A stretch of DNA of 64,000 nt, taken from positions 94,932 to 158,931 of the forward strand of contig CAIRAW010000038.1 of the NCBI GenBank assembly GCA_903876735.1, read 5' to 3'. This document shows positions 42,538 through 50,543 of the stretch, piece after piece (position 1 is the stretch's first letter; each line of letters starts with the position of its first letter). A model generated the notes under the pieces. That model saw nothing but the letters and a program-made list of their open reading frames with translations, searched no databases and was not told the DNA's origin. Made by a program: the position numbers and the translations under genes. The stretch is from an uncultured beta proteobacterium (GTDB lineage: Bacteria; Pseudomonadota; Gammaproteobacteria; Burkholderiales; Burkholderiaceae_C).

Positions 42538-43268
42538 ACAGCGCACTGTCGCCTGCGCCGCTGGAGCCGCGCTGCATCTACATTCTGGACGATGATCCGG
42601 ACCTGTGCCGACTGGTCAGCGGCACCCTGCGCGAGTTTGGCTTTGAGACCTATGAATGCGCCAGCGCCGCCGCGCTGCGCAGCCTTTTGGCGTGGCGGGT
42701 TCCCGATCTGTGCATCGTCGATCTGGGCTTGCCCGATGCCGATGGCCTGGATGTGGTGCGTGAACTGCAGGCGCGCTACGACTGCGGTGTGATGGTGTTG
42801 ACCGGGCGCGGTTACCTGAGCGACCGGGTCATGGGGCTGGAACTCGGGGCCGACGACTACATCGTCAAACCCTTTGAACCGCGTGAACTGGTGGCACGCG
42901 TGCGCAGCATCTTGCGTCGGCATGACAAGTCCAGCACCGCACAAACAGCCGATCACTCACAGATTGCAGAATTTTCCGGCTGGCGTTTCCTCGTTGACTC
43001 GAACACCTTGTCCTCACCCAGTGGGCAGCAATGGACGCTGAGCTCCGGTGAGGCTCACATGCTGCTGATGTTCCTGAAGCGCCCAAACCGGATACTTGAC
43101 CGCGAGCAGTTGTGTGGTGATCGCGATCTCTCGGCGCTGGACCGCAGCGTCGATGTTCGCGTTTCAAGGCTCAGGCGCAAACTCGAATCAGATCCCGAAC
43201 ACCCGAAAACCATTCGCACCGTCTACGGCGCAGGCTATCTGCTTGCCGTTGAGGTCAAGTGGTTATAG
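42534..43268 (+). CDS. OmpR/PhoB-family response regulator
   Basis: Receiver domain (IYILDDDPDL..IVDLGLPDADG..DDYIVKPF) plus a winged-helix C-terminus (..VDVRVSRLRRKLE..IRTVYGAGYLL). ATGA overlap with the kinase stop. Confidence 0.9.
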   Translation: MNSALSPAPLEPRCIYILDDDPDLCRLVSGTLREFGFETYECASAAALRSLLAWRVPDLCIVDLGLPDADGLDVVRELQARYDCGVMVLTGRGYLSDRVMGLELGADDYIVKPFEPRELVARVRSILRRHDKSSTAQTADHSQIAEFSGWRFLVDSNTLSSPSGQQWTLSSGEAHMLLMFLKRPNRILDREQLCGDRDLSALDRSVDVRVSRLRRKLESDPEHPKTIRTVYGAGYLLAVEVKWL

Positions 43269-43297
43269 GCAGTCCAAGGCCGCAGTCCGGCCCCAAG

Positions 43298-43355
43298 GCA
43301 CTGCAAACATTCGATACATTTACACCGAATTCCTGAAACAGTCCAATGGCATTAT
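43298..43355 (+). promoter_or_regulatory. 58-nt conserved upstream element, copy 2 (before ETF-QO)
   Basis: gcactgcaaacattcgatacatttacaccgaattcctgaaacagtccaatggcattat matches copy 1 at 50 of 58 positions. It ends 24 nt before the ATG at 43380. Confidence 0.6.
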
Positions 43356-43379
43356 GGACTTTTCTGCCCGAGACAGCGC

Positions 43380-45071
43380 ATGACAAATCAGGAAATTCTG
43401 GCCCAGTTTGGCCCGCGTGAAGCAATGGAATACGACGTGGTCGTGGTTGGCGGCGGCGTCGCCGGCCTGGCCACCGCCATCCGACTCAAGCAGTTGGCCA
43501 CTGAGCAGTGCAAGGAACTGTCGGTGGTGGTGCTGGAGAAAGGCGCCGAACCCGGCGCGCATATTCTCTCGGGCGCCATCATGGACCCGATCGCCATGGA
43601 TGAACTGTTCCCCGACTGGAAGGCAATGGGCGCACCGCTCAACCAGCCGGTGACTGACGACGCCATGCTGTTCCTGAGTGAAAAATCGGGCTACCGCACG
43701 CCTAATTTCCTGCTGCCAAAATGCAGCCACAACCACGGCAACTACATCATCAGTCTGGGCGAGTTGACGCGCTGGCTGGCGACGCAGGCCGAGAACCTGG
43801 GGGTGGAAATATTCCCCGGCTTCGCAGCCGCTGAAGTGCTCTACACATTGACCGGCGCAGTCCGTGGCGTTGCCACCGGCAACATGGGCATCAACAAGGA
43901 AGGCGAACCCGGCGAAAACTTTCAGATCGGCATGGAACTGCTGGCCAAGTACACTGTTTTTGCGGAGGGCTCACGCGGGCACCTGGGCCGCCAGCTGATT
44001 GCCAGGTACGAGCTTGACGCGGGGTGCGACCCGCAGGCCTATGGCCTGGGCATCAAGGAATTGTGGGAAGTGGACCCCTCGCGCCATCAACCGGGTTTCG
44101 CCATGCACACCGCCGGCTGGCCACTCGACAACGCCACCTATGGCGGCTCCTTCATGTACCACATGCCCGACAACAAGATTGCCTTGGGCTTCATCACCGG
44201 ATTGAATTACCAGAACCCTTATCTGAGTCCGTTCGAGGAGTTCCAGCGCTGGAAAACCCATCCCAATGTGCGCTGGTATTTTGAAAACGCCCAGGGCGAA
44301 GTGACCGCCAAGCGGCTGGCCTACGGCGCGCGCACCATCACCGCCGGCGGGCTGATGGCGCTGCCCAAAACCGTATTTCCGGGCGGCGCCCTGATCGGTT
44401 GCGACGCCGGCTTCATGAACGTCAGCCGCATCAAAGGCAGCCACACCGCCATCAAGAGCGGCATGCAGGCAGCCGAGGCGGCATTCGAGGCCGTGATCGC
44501 CGGTCGTCAGCATGACGAGTTGGTGTCCTACCCCGTGGCGGTTCAAAGCAGCTGGGTTTTTACCGAACTCAACAAGTCACGCAACTTCAAGGCCTGGTTC
44601 AAATACGGCTTGCGCGTGAGCACCCTGATGAATGGACTGGAGCAGTTCGGATTGGGCGGCAACATGCCCTGGACGATTCACCGTGACAAGCCCGACCACG
44701 AATACCTGAAGCCTGCTGCCGAGTGCGAACCCATTGTTTACCCCAAGCCCGACGGAAAGCTCACCTTTGACCGGCTGAGCAGCGTCTTCATCAGCAGCGC
44801 CAACCATGAAGAAAACCAGCCCGCGCACCTGAGCTTGAAAGATGCCCGTGTGGCGGTTGCCATCAACCTGGCCCGGTTTGCCGGACCCGAGGCGCGCTAT
44901 TGCCCAGCCGGGGTCTATGAGTTTGTCAAGAACGACGATGGCAGCGACCGACTGCAGATCAACGCCGCCAACTGCCTGCATTGCAAGACCTGCGACATCA
45001 AGGACCCGACGCAAAATATTGTCTGGGTCACACCCGAAGGCGGTGGCGGGCCGAATTACGCGGGAATGTAA
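43380..45071 (+). CDS. Electron-transfer flavoprotein:ubiquinone oxidoreductase (ETF-QO)
   Basis: 563 aa. FAD motif DVVVVGGGVAGLATA and C-terminal 4Fe-4S region ..YCPAGVYEF..CLHCKTCDIKDP..W..PEGGGGPNY. Confidence 0.95.
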   Translation: MTNQEILAQFGPREAMEYDVVVVGGGVAGLATAIRLKQLATEQCKELSVVVLEKGAEPGAHILSGAIMDPIAMDELFPDWKAMGAPLNQPVTDDAMLFLSEKSGYRTPNFLLPKCSHNHGNYIISLGELTRWLATQAENLGVEIFPGFAAAEVLYTLTGAVRGVATGNMGINKEGEPGENFQIGMELLAKYTVFAEGSRGHLGRQLIARYELDAGCDPQAYGLGIKELWEVDPSRHQPGFAMHTAGWPLDNATYGGSFMYHMPDNKIALGFITGLNYQNPYLSPFEEFQRWKTHPNVRWYFENAQGEVTAKRLAYGARTITAGGLMALPKTVFPGGALIGCDAGFMNVSRIKGSHTAIKSGMQAAEAAFEAVIAGRQHDELVSYPVAVQSSWVFTELNKSRNFKAWFKYGLRVSTLMNGLEQFGLGGNMPWTIHRDKPDHEYLKPAAECEPIVYPKPDGKLTFDRLSSVFISSANHEENQPAHLSLKDARVAVAINLARFAGPEARYCPAGVYEFVKNDDGSDRLQINAANCLHCKTCDIKDPTQNIVWVTPEGGGGPNYAGM

Positions 45072-45144
45072 GCCGCCACAACCCTCGCCAGGCAGGTCAC
45101 GGTACCTGCAAGCAAAGAATTGAAACAACCCCAGAAAGCACCTT

Positions 45145-46926
45145 ATGAACTACCAAGCCCCCCTCCAGGATATGCTGTTTGCGATGCAGGAACTCGCAGG
45201 CTTTGCCAGCGTCAGTGCCCTGCCTGGTTTTGAGGACTATGACCTCGATACGGCTCAGGCCGTGATGCAGGAATCCGCCAAATTCTGCGCCGGTGTGGTG
45301 GCACCCTTGAACGTCGGTGGTGACAAGAACCCGAGTTCCTTCAAGGATGGCGCCGTCACGACCGCACCCGGCTTCAAGGAAGCCTACACACAGTTCACGC
45401 AGGGCGGCTGGCAGGGTGTGATCCACCCCACCGAGCATGGTGGCCAGGGCTTCCCCAAGCTGATTGCCACGCCCTGCGCCGAGATGCTGCACGCCGCCAG
45501 CCTGTCGTTTGCCCTGTGCCCGATGCTGACCGACGGCGCCATTGAAGCCCTGCTGGTGGCCGGTAGCGAGGAACTCAAAAGCAAGTTTGTCGGCAAGCTC
45601 ATCAGCGGTGAGTGGACCGGCACTATGAACCTGACCGAGCCGCAGGCCGGCTCCGATCTGGCCGCAGTGCGCGCGAGTGCGCAGCCGCAGGCCGATGGCA
45701 CGTACAAGGTGTTCGGCACCAAGATCTTCATCACCTATGGCGAGCACGACATGGCTGAGAACATCATCCATCTGGTGCTGGCCCGCGTGCCGGGTGCGCC
45801 CGAAGGCGTCAAGGGCATCTCGCTGTTCGTGGTGCCCAAGCTGATGGTCGGCGACGATGGCGCCCTGGGCGCGCGCAACGATGTGGCCTGTGTCTCGATC
45901 GAGCACAAGCTCGGCATCAAGGCCAGCCCGACCGCAGTGCTGCAGTTCGGCGACAACGGTGGCGCCGTGGGCTACATCGTGGGTCAGGAGAACCGCGGCC
46001 TGGAGTACATGTTCATCATGATGAACGCGGCCCGTTTTGCTGTGGGCATGCAGGGCATTTCGGTGGCTGACCGTGCCTACCAAAAGGCGGTCCGCTTCGC
46101 CCATGATCGCGCTCAGAGCCGAGATCTGGCCGGCTCCGACGGCCCGGTTGCCATCATCAACCACCCCGATGTCAAACGCATGCTGCTGACCATGCGTGCC
46201 CACGTTGAAGGTACACGCGCCCTGGCCTACGTGGCGGCCGCCGCCAGCGATGCGGCGCACCACGCCAGCGACGAGGCCACGCGCAAGAGCAACCAGGCCG
46301 TTTACGAATACCTGGTGCCGGTGGTCAAAGGCTTCTCGACCGAAATGTCGGTCGAGATGACCAGCCTGGGCGTGCAGATTCATGGCGGCATGGGCTACAT
46401 CGAAGAAACCGGTGCCGCCCAGCATTACCGCGATTCCCGCATCCTGACCATCTACGAAGGCACGACCGCCATCCAGGCCAACGACATCGTGGGCCGCAAA
46501 ACGCTGCGCGACAAGGGTGCCGTGGCAAAGAGCTTGTGCGGCCTGATGGCGCGCACCGAGCAGGACCTGGCGGCGCGCGGCAATGACGACTGCAAGGCCA
46601 TGCAGAGCGCGCTCGAGCAGGGCCGCCTGGCCATGGAAGCGGCGGTGGACTTCATCCTGGCCAATGGCAAGAGCCAGCCCAAGACGGTCTACGCCGGTGC
46701 TGTCAATTACCTCAAGCTGGTGGGCGTGGTGCTGTGCGGCTGGCAGATGGCGCGTGCCATGCTGGTGGCGCAGGACAAGCTGGCAAGCGACCCTGCGTTC
46801 TACGGTGCCAAAGTGATCACGGCGCGCTTTTATGCCGAGTCGGTGCTGGCCCAGGCCAGCGGCCTGGCGCAATGCATCTGCCTGGGCGGCGACACGATCA
46901 ACCGCATGGCGATTGAACAGTTCTGA
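45145..46926 (+). CDS. Long (about 590-aa) acyl-CoA dehydrogenase with extra N- and C-terminal domains (FadE/DmdC-like)
   Basis: MNYQAPLQDMLFAMQEL.. N-terminal domain, then ..GTMNLTEPQAGSDLAAV.. and ..IHGGMGYIEETGAAQHYRDSRILTIYEGT.. ACAD blocks. Confidence 0.9.
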   Translation: MNYQAPLQDMLFAMQELAGFASVSALPGFEDYDLDTAQAVMQESAKFCAGVVAPLNVGGDKNPSSFKDGAVTTAPGFKEAYTQFTQGGWQGVIHPTEHGGQGFPKLIATPCAEMLHAASLSFALCPMLTDGAIEALLVAGSEELKSKFVGKLISGEWTGTMNLTEPQAGSDLAAVRASAQPQADGTYKVFGTKIFITYGEHDMAENIIHLVLARVPGAPEGVKGISLFVVPKLMVGDDGALGARNDVACVSIEHKLGIKASPTAVLQFGDNGGAVGYIVGQENRGLEYMFIMMNAARFAVGMQGISVADRAYQKAVRFAHDRAQSRDLAGSDGPVAIINHPDVKRMLLTMRAHVEGTRALAYVAAAASDAAHHASDEATRKSNQAVYEYLVPVVKGFSTEMSVEMTSLGVQIHGGMGYIEETGAAQHYRDSRILTIYEGTTAIQANDIVGRKTLRDKGAVAKSLCGLMARTEQDLAARGNDDCKAMQSALEQGRLAMEAAVDFILANGKSQPKTVYAGAVNYLKLVGVVLCGWQMARAMLVAQDKLASDPAFYGAKVITARFYAESVLAQASGLAQCICLGGDTINRMAIEQF

Positions 46927-46987
46927 AATCGGGCCAACTGACAGCGACACTCAGATTCAACGTATCTTCAATTCGAGAGACACCAGC

Positions 46988-48334
46988 ATGACAAAACGTG
47001 ACCAAGACCACTATCGACAAAAGCTCGGCACCGCCGACCAGGCCGCCGCGCTGGTCAAGTCGGGCGACATCATCTTCATGGGTGAATTTGCCCAGAACGT
47101 CGAAGCCGTGGACGCCGCCCTGGCCTTGCGCAAGAACGAGTTGCGCGACGTGATCCTGATCACCACGACGCGGGCCAAGCCTTTGAAGTGCGTTGAAGCC
47201 GACCCGAAGCGCGAATCCTTCATCTGGAACGACTGGCATTTTTCGGGCCTGGCTCGCAAGTTGGGCGAGCAGGGACTGGCGAGCTACATTCCGTTCAGCT
47301 ACCACCAGGGTCCGCAGAACGTCATGCTGTACGAGGAGCCTGATGTCGTCGTCGTGCAGGTGACGCCGATGGATGCGAATGGTTTCTTCAACTTCTCGAC
47401 CAGCTGCTCGATGACCCCGGCCTACTGCCGCAAGGCCAAGCTCGTCGTTGTCGAGGTCAACACCAAGGCGCCGCGTTGCCTCGGTGGTCTCGACGAAGCG
47501 ATCCACATCTCGCAGGTCGACATGGTGGTCGAAGGCCCGAACAGCCAGTTGCTGCAACTGCCAGAAGGTTCGGCCAGCGAAGCCGACCGCATGATCGCCG
47601 GCCACGTCATGGAGCTGCTCGAAGACGGCTCGACGATCCAGCTTGGCATCGGCGCGCTGCCCAACATAGTCGGATCCATGATCGCGCACAGCGGTTTGAA
47701 GGACCTCGGCGTGCACACCGAAATGTTGGCCGACTCCTATGTCGACATGTATGAGGCCGGTCGCATCACCGGGATGCGCAAGTCGATCGACCGCGGCAAA
47801 ATGGTCTACACCTTCGCCATGGGCTCGCAAAAGCTCTATGACTTCCTCGACAACAACCCGGTGGCGGCGATCTTCCCGGCGTCGTACACGAACGATCCTT
47901 GCGTCATCGGTCAAAACCCGAAGGTGGTCGCGATCAACAACGCGATCGAGATCGACCTGTTCACCCAGGTCGCCAGCGAGGCCGCGGGCACGCGCCAGAT
48001 TTCGGGTACCGGCGGCCAGCTTGACTTCATCCTCGGAGCCTACAAGTCCGAGGGTGGCAAGGGTCTGATCTGCATCAACTCGACCTTCAAGAAGAAGGAC
48101 GGCACGGTCGGCTCGCGCATCGTGCCGACTCTCTCCGCCGGCACCATCGTGACCTGCCCGCGTTCCATCGTGCACTACGTCGTGACCGAATTCGGTTACG
48201 CGCAGATGAAGGCCAAGTCGACCTGGCAGCGTACCGAGGCCCTGATCAACATCTCGCACCCTGATTTCCGCGAGCAACTGATCAAGGAAGCCGAGGCGAT
48301 GGGCATCTGGCGCCGCTCCAACAAGATTCTGTAA
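46988..48334 (+). CDS. Acetyl-CoA hydrolase/transferase family protein, butyryl-CoA:acetate (4-hydroxybutyrate) CoA-transferase-like
   Basis: From MTKRDQDHYRQKLGTADQAAALVKSGDIIFMGEF.. with ..MDANGFFNFSTS.., ..VVEVNTKAPRCLGG..IHISQVDMVVEG.. and ..GTGGQLDF... By recall it resembles But/Cat2-type CoA-transferases. The track ORF's 52-aa leader overlaps the preceding gene and is rejected. Confidence 0.85.
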   Translation: MTKRDQDHYRQKLGTADQAAALVKSGDIIFMGEFAQNVEAVDAALALRKNELRDVILITTTRAKPLKCVEADPKRESFIWNDWHFSGLARKLGEQGLASYIPFSYHQGPQNVMLYEEPDVVVVQVTPMDANGFFNFSTSCSMTPAYCRKAKLVVVEVNTKAPRCLGGLDEAIHISQVDMVVEGPNSQLLQLPEGSASEADRMIAGHVMELLEDGSTIQLGIGALPNIVGSMIAHSGLKDLGVHTEMLADSYVDMYEAGRITGMRKSIDRGKMVYTFAMGSQKLYDFLDNNPVAAIFPASYTNDPCVIGQNPKVVAINNAIEIDLFTQVASEAAGTRQISGTGGQLDFILGAYKSEGGKGLICINSTFKKKDGTVGSRIVPTLSAGTIVTCPRSIVHYVVTEFGYAQMKAKSTWQRTEALINISHPDFREQLIKEAEAMGIWRRSNKIL

Positions 48335-48411
48335 AGCGCAGACGCTGATCCTGGGCCAGCCTCAGGAACAGCGGGTGGCCGAATCCATCGACCACCACTG
48401 CGGTAATCAGA

Positions 48412-49014
48412 TCAGATTTGACTGAACAGATACAGGCCGGCACCGCCGCACAGGCTGCCCAGGGCCGCGATGGCCCAGTTTGCCGTGCGCGCCAGATAAG
48501 CCTTGATGCCGCGTGCTGCGACAACACCACCCAGGTGCAGTGCGGCCGTGCTCACGAGAAAGCCCAGCGCATAACTGGCAAAGCCGCTGCCCGGGGCTTC
48601 AGCGCCGTGCGCGAGACCGTGCAGGCAAGCCACCAGTGCCACCAGGCCCAGGCCCAAAGCAACGGGTGTGCCCTGGCGCGACAGGATCAACATCGCGCCC
48701 AGCAGCACCACGCTCAGCGAGATCAGGGGTTCAAGCAAGGGAACCGACAAACCAGCCGACCCTGAAGCGGCACTGAGCAGCAGCGCCAACATGAACACAG
48801 CCGGCCCCCACCAGGACTTGTTGGCGGGCAAGGCCGAGACCGACCAGATGCCGACGGCCAGCATCACCAGCAGATGGTCCAGACCCAGCGGGTGCGCCAA
48901 GCCTTGGTAGACACCCGAGGTGTCATGACCGGTGTGGGCCTGCGCCATACCGCTCGCCAGTGCCAACAGTGCGGCACCGATGCGGCCCAGTGATTTGGGG
49001 GACATGAATTTCAT
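48412..49014 (-). CDS. hupE: HupE/UreJ-family nickel (metal) transporter
   Basis: From MKFMSPKSLGRIGAALLALASGMAQAHTGHD.. with the LAHPLGLDHLL motif, ~200 aa and 5-6 TM. An AGGAG RBS precedes the ATG at 49014. The track ORF extends 135 aa further upstream with no coding character. Confidence 0.85.
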   Translation of the reverse strand: MKFMSPKSLGRIGAALLALASGMAQAHTGHDTSGVYQGLAHPLGLDHLLVMLAVGIWSVSALPANKSWWGPAVFMLALLLSAASGSAGLSVPLLEPLISLSVVLLGAMLILSRQGTPVALGLGLVALVACLHGLAHGAEAPGSGFASYALGFLVSTAALHLGGVVAARGIKAYLARTANWAIAALGSLCGGAGLYLFSQI

Positions 49015-49193
49015 CGAATGCTCCTCGTTTGAATTAAGTCTTTGGGGTCCATGCACCGATCTGACGCCAAATGGACGGCAGCGAATGCATCTGCGATCGG
49101 AAACGCAAATTTCGTGCCGCCGTCTGCGCTGAATGTTATACCCACGAATTCCGCTGGCAAGGGCTTTTGCGCTTGGTAGGCGGGCAAAAAACC

Positions 49194-49215
49194 GGTTAGC
49201 AATGTGGTTAGCAAT
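49194..49215. promoter_or_regulatory. Tandem GGTTAGCAAT repeat upstream of the hydrogenase promoter (candidate activator site)
   Basis: GGTTAGCAAT occurs at 49194-49203 and 49206-49215, separated by GT. The second copy plus TAACC also forms GGTTA-N5-TAACC. It lies ~80-100 nt upstream of the -24/-12 element. Confidence 0.35.
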
Positions 49216-49295
49216 TAACCATGTCGGCGCCGTCAAACGGCTGCGCCACAGTGACGGGCCCTGGGCGATCGCTGCAAAAAACGCAAATGCGGGCA

Positions 49296-49311
49296 TGGCG
49301 CGCAATTTGCT
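49296..49311 (+). promoter_or_regulatory. Sigma-54-type (-24/-12) promoter upstream of hybO
   Basis: TGGCGCGCAATTTGCT has GG-N10-GC spacing and matches TGGCAC-N5-TTGCW at all but one specified position. It lies 48 nt upstream of the ATG at 49360. Confidence 0.5.
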
Positions 49312-49359
49312 ATCAGCCCCTGCATCAGGCCCGGACGAGGTCTGGCTCCAGGAGACAAC

Positions 49360-50541
49360 ATGGGCGAAATGAACGACATCTTCAACCTCGGTCGCGAGGC
49401 CGTGCATGGCATCGAACAACGCCTGGGCATGTCCCGACGCGACTACCTGCAGTTTTGCGCCACACTGGCCGTCACCATGGGCTTGCCCGCCGGCGCCGAT
49501 GCTGCGGTGGCCAAGGCGATCGAGTCAGCCAAGCGACCCTCGGTCATCTGGTTGCACTTTCAGGAATGCACCGGCTGCACGGAGTCGCTGTTGCGCGCCG
49601 AGCACCCGACGCTGGAAAAGCTGATTCTTGAGATCATTTCGCTCGATTACCACGAGACCCTGATGGCCGCCGCCGGGCACCAGGCCGAGGCCGCGCGCAA
49701 GGACGCGATGAAGGCCAACAAGGGCAAGTACGTGCTGGTCATAGAGGGCGCGATACCGGTCAAGGAAAACGGCAACTACTGCAAGATCGGCGGCCATACC
49801 GCCATCGACCTGCTCAAGGAATGCGCGGCCGATGCGGCCGCCGTGATCGCCATCGGCTCCTGCGCCTCCTGGGGTGGCATGCCCTCCACCGGACCCAATC
49901 CATCCGGCGCCAGCAGCGTGGCTGAAGTGCTGGGCAAGCCGGTGGTGACGATACCGGGCTGTCCGCCCAACCCGTACAACTTCCTGGCCACCGTTGTGCA
50001 CTTCCTGACCTTCGGCAAACTGCCCGACGTGGACAAACTCGGGCGCCCCAAGTTCGCCTACTCACGGTTGATCCACGAAAACTGCGAACGCCGCGCGCAC
50101 TTTGACGCCGGGCGCTTTGCCATGGAGTTTGGCGATGCCGGACACCGCCAGGGCTACTGCCTGTACAAGCTCGGTTGCAAGGGGCCGGAAACTTATGCCA
50201 ACTGTCCTACCCTGGGCTTCGGCGATGCTGGCGAGAACAACTGGCCGGTGGGCTGCGGCCACCCCTGCATCGGCTGCACCGAGAAGGGCGTCGGCTTCAC
50301 CAAACCGATCCACCAACTGGCCAAGATGGTCAATGTCGCGCCGCCGCTGCAATACGCAAGGATTGTTGAAGAGCAGGGCAAAGGCGCATCGCTGGCGTCG
50401 GCCGCGGCGCTGGCCGCCCTGGCCGGAGCCGCCGCTGGCGCGGCCGTAATGCTCACACGCAACCTCGGTCTGTCCCATGCCGCTGAAGAAGCCGAGCGCG
50501 CCAAAACTGGCGCCAAACCGCAAGACAAGGCGCGGGGCTGA
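49360..50541 (+). CDS. hybO: [NiFe] hydrogenase small subunit, Hyb-type, Tat-exported
   Basis: Twin-arginine motif SRRDYLQF. Cluster ligand motifs are ECTGCTES, GSCASWGG, GCPPNP, HENCERRAHFDAGRF, YCLYKLGCKGPETYANCP and GHPCIGCTE. A C-terminal hydrophobic anchor is present. Confidence 0.95.
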   Translation: MGEMNDIFNLGREAVHGIEQRLGMSRRDYLQFCATLAVTMGLPAGADAAVAKAIESAKRPSVIWLHFQECTGCTESLLRAEHPTLEKLILEIISLDYHETLMAAAGHQAEAARKDAMKANKGKYVLVIEGAIPVKENGNYCKIGGHTAIDLLKECAADAAAVIAIGSCASWGGMPSTGPNPSGASSVAEVLGKPVVTIPGCPPNPYNFLATVVHFLTFGKLPDVDKLGRPKFAYSRLIHENCERRAHFDAGRFAMEFGDAGHRQGYCLYKLGCKGPETYANCPTLGFGDAGENNWPVGCGHPCIGCTEKGVGFTKPIHQLAKMVNVAPPLQYARIVEEQGKGASLASAAALAALAGAAAGAAVMLTRNLGLSHAAEEAERAKTGAKPQDKARG

Positions 50542-50543
50542 TC

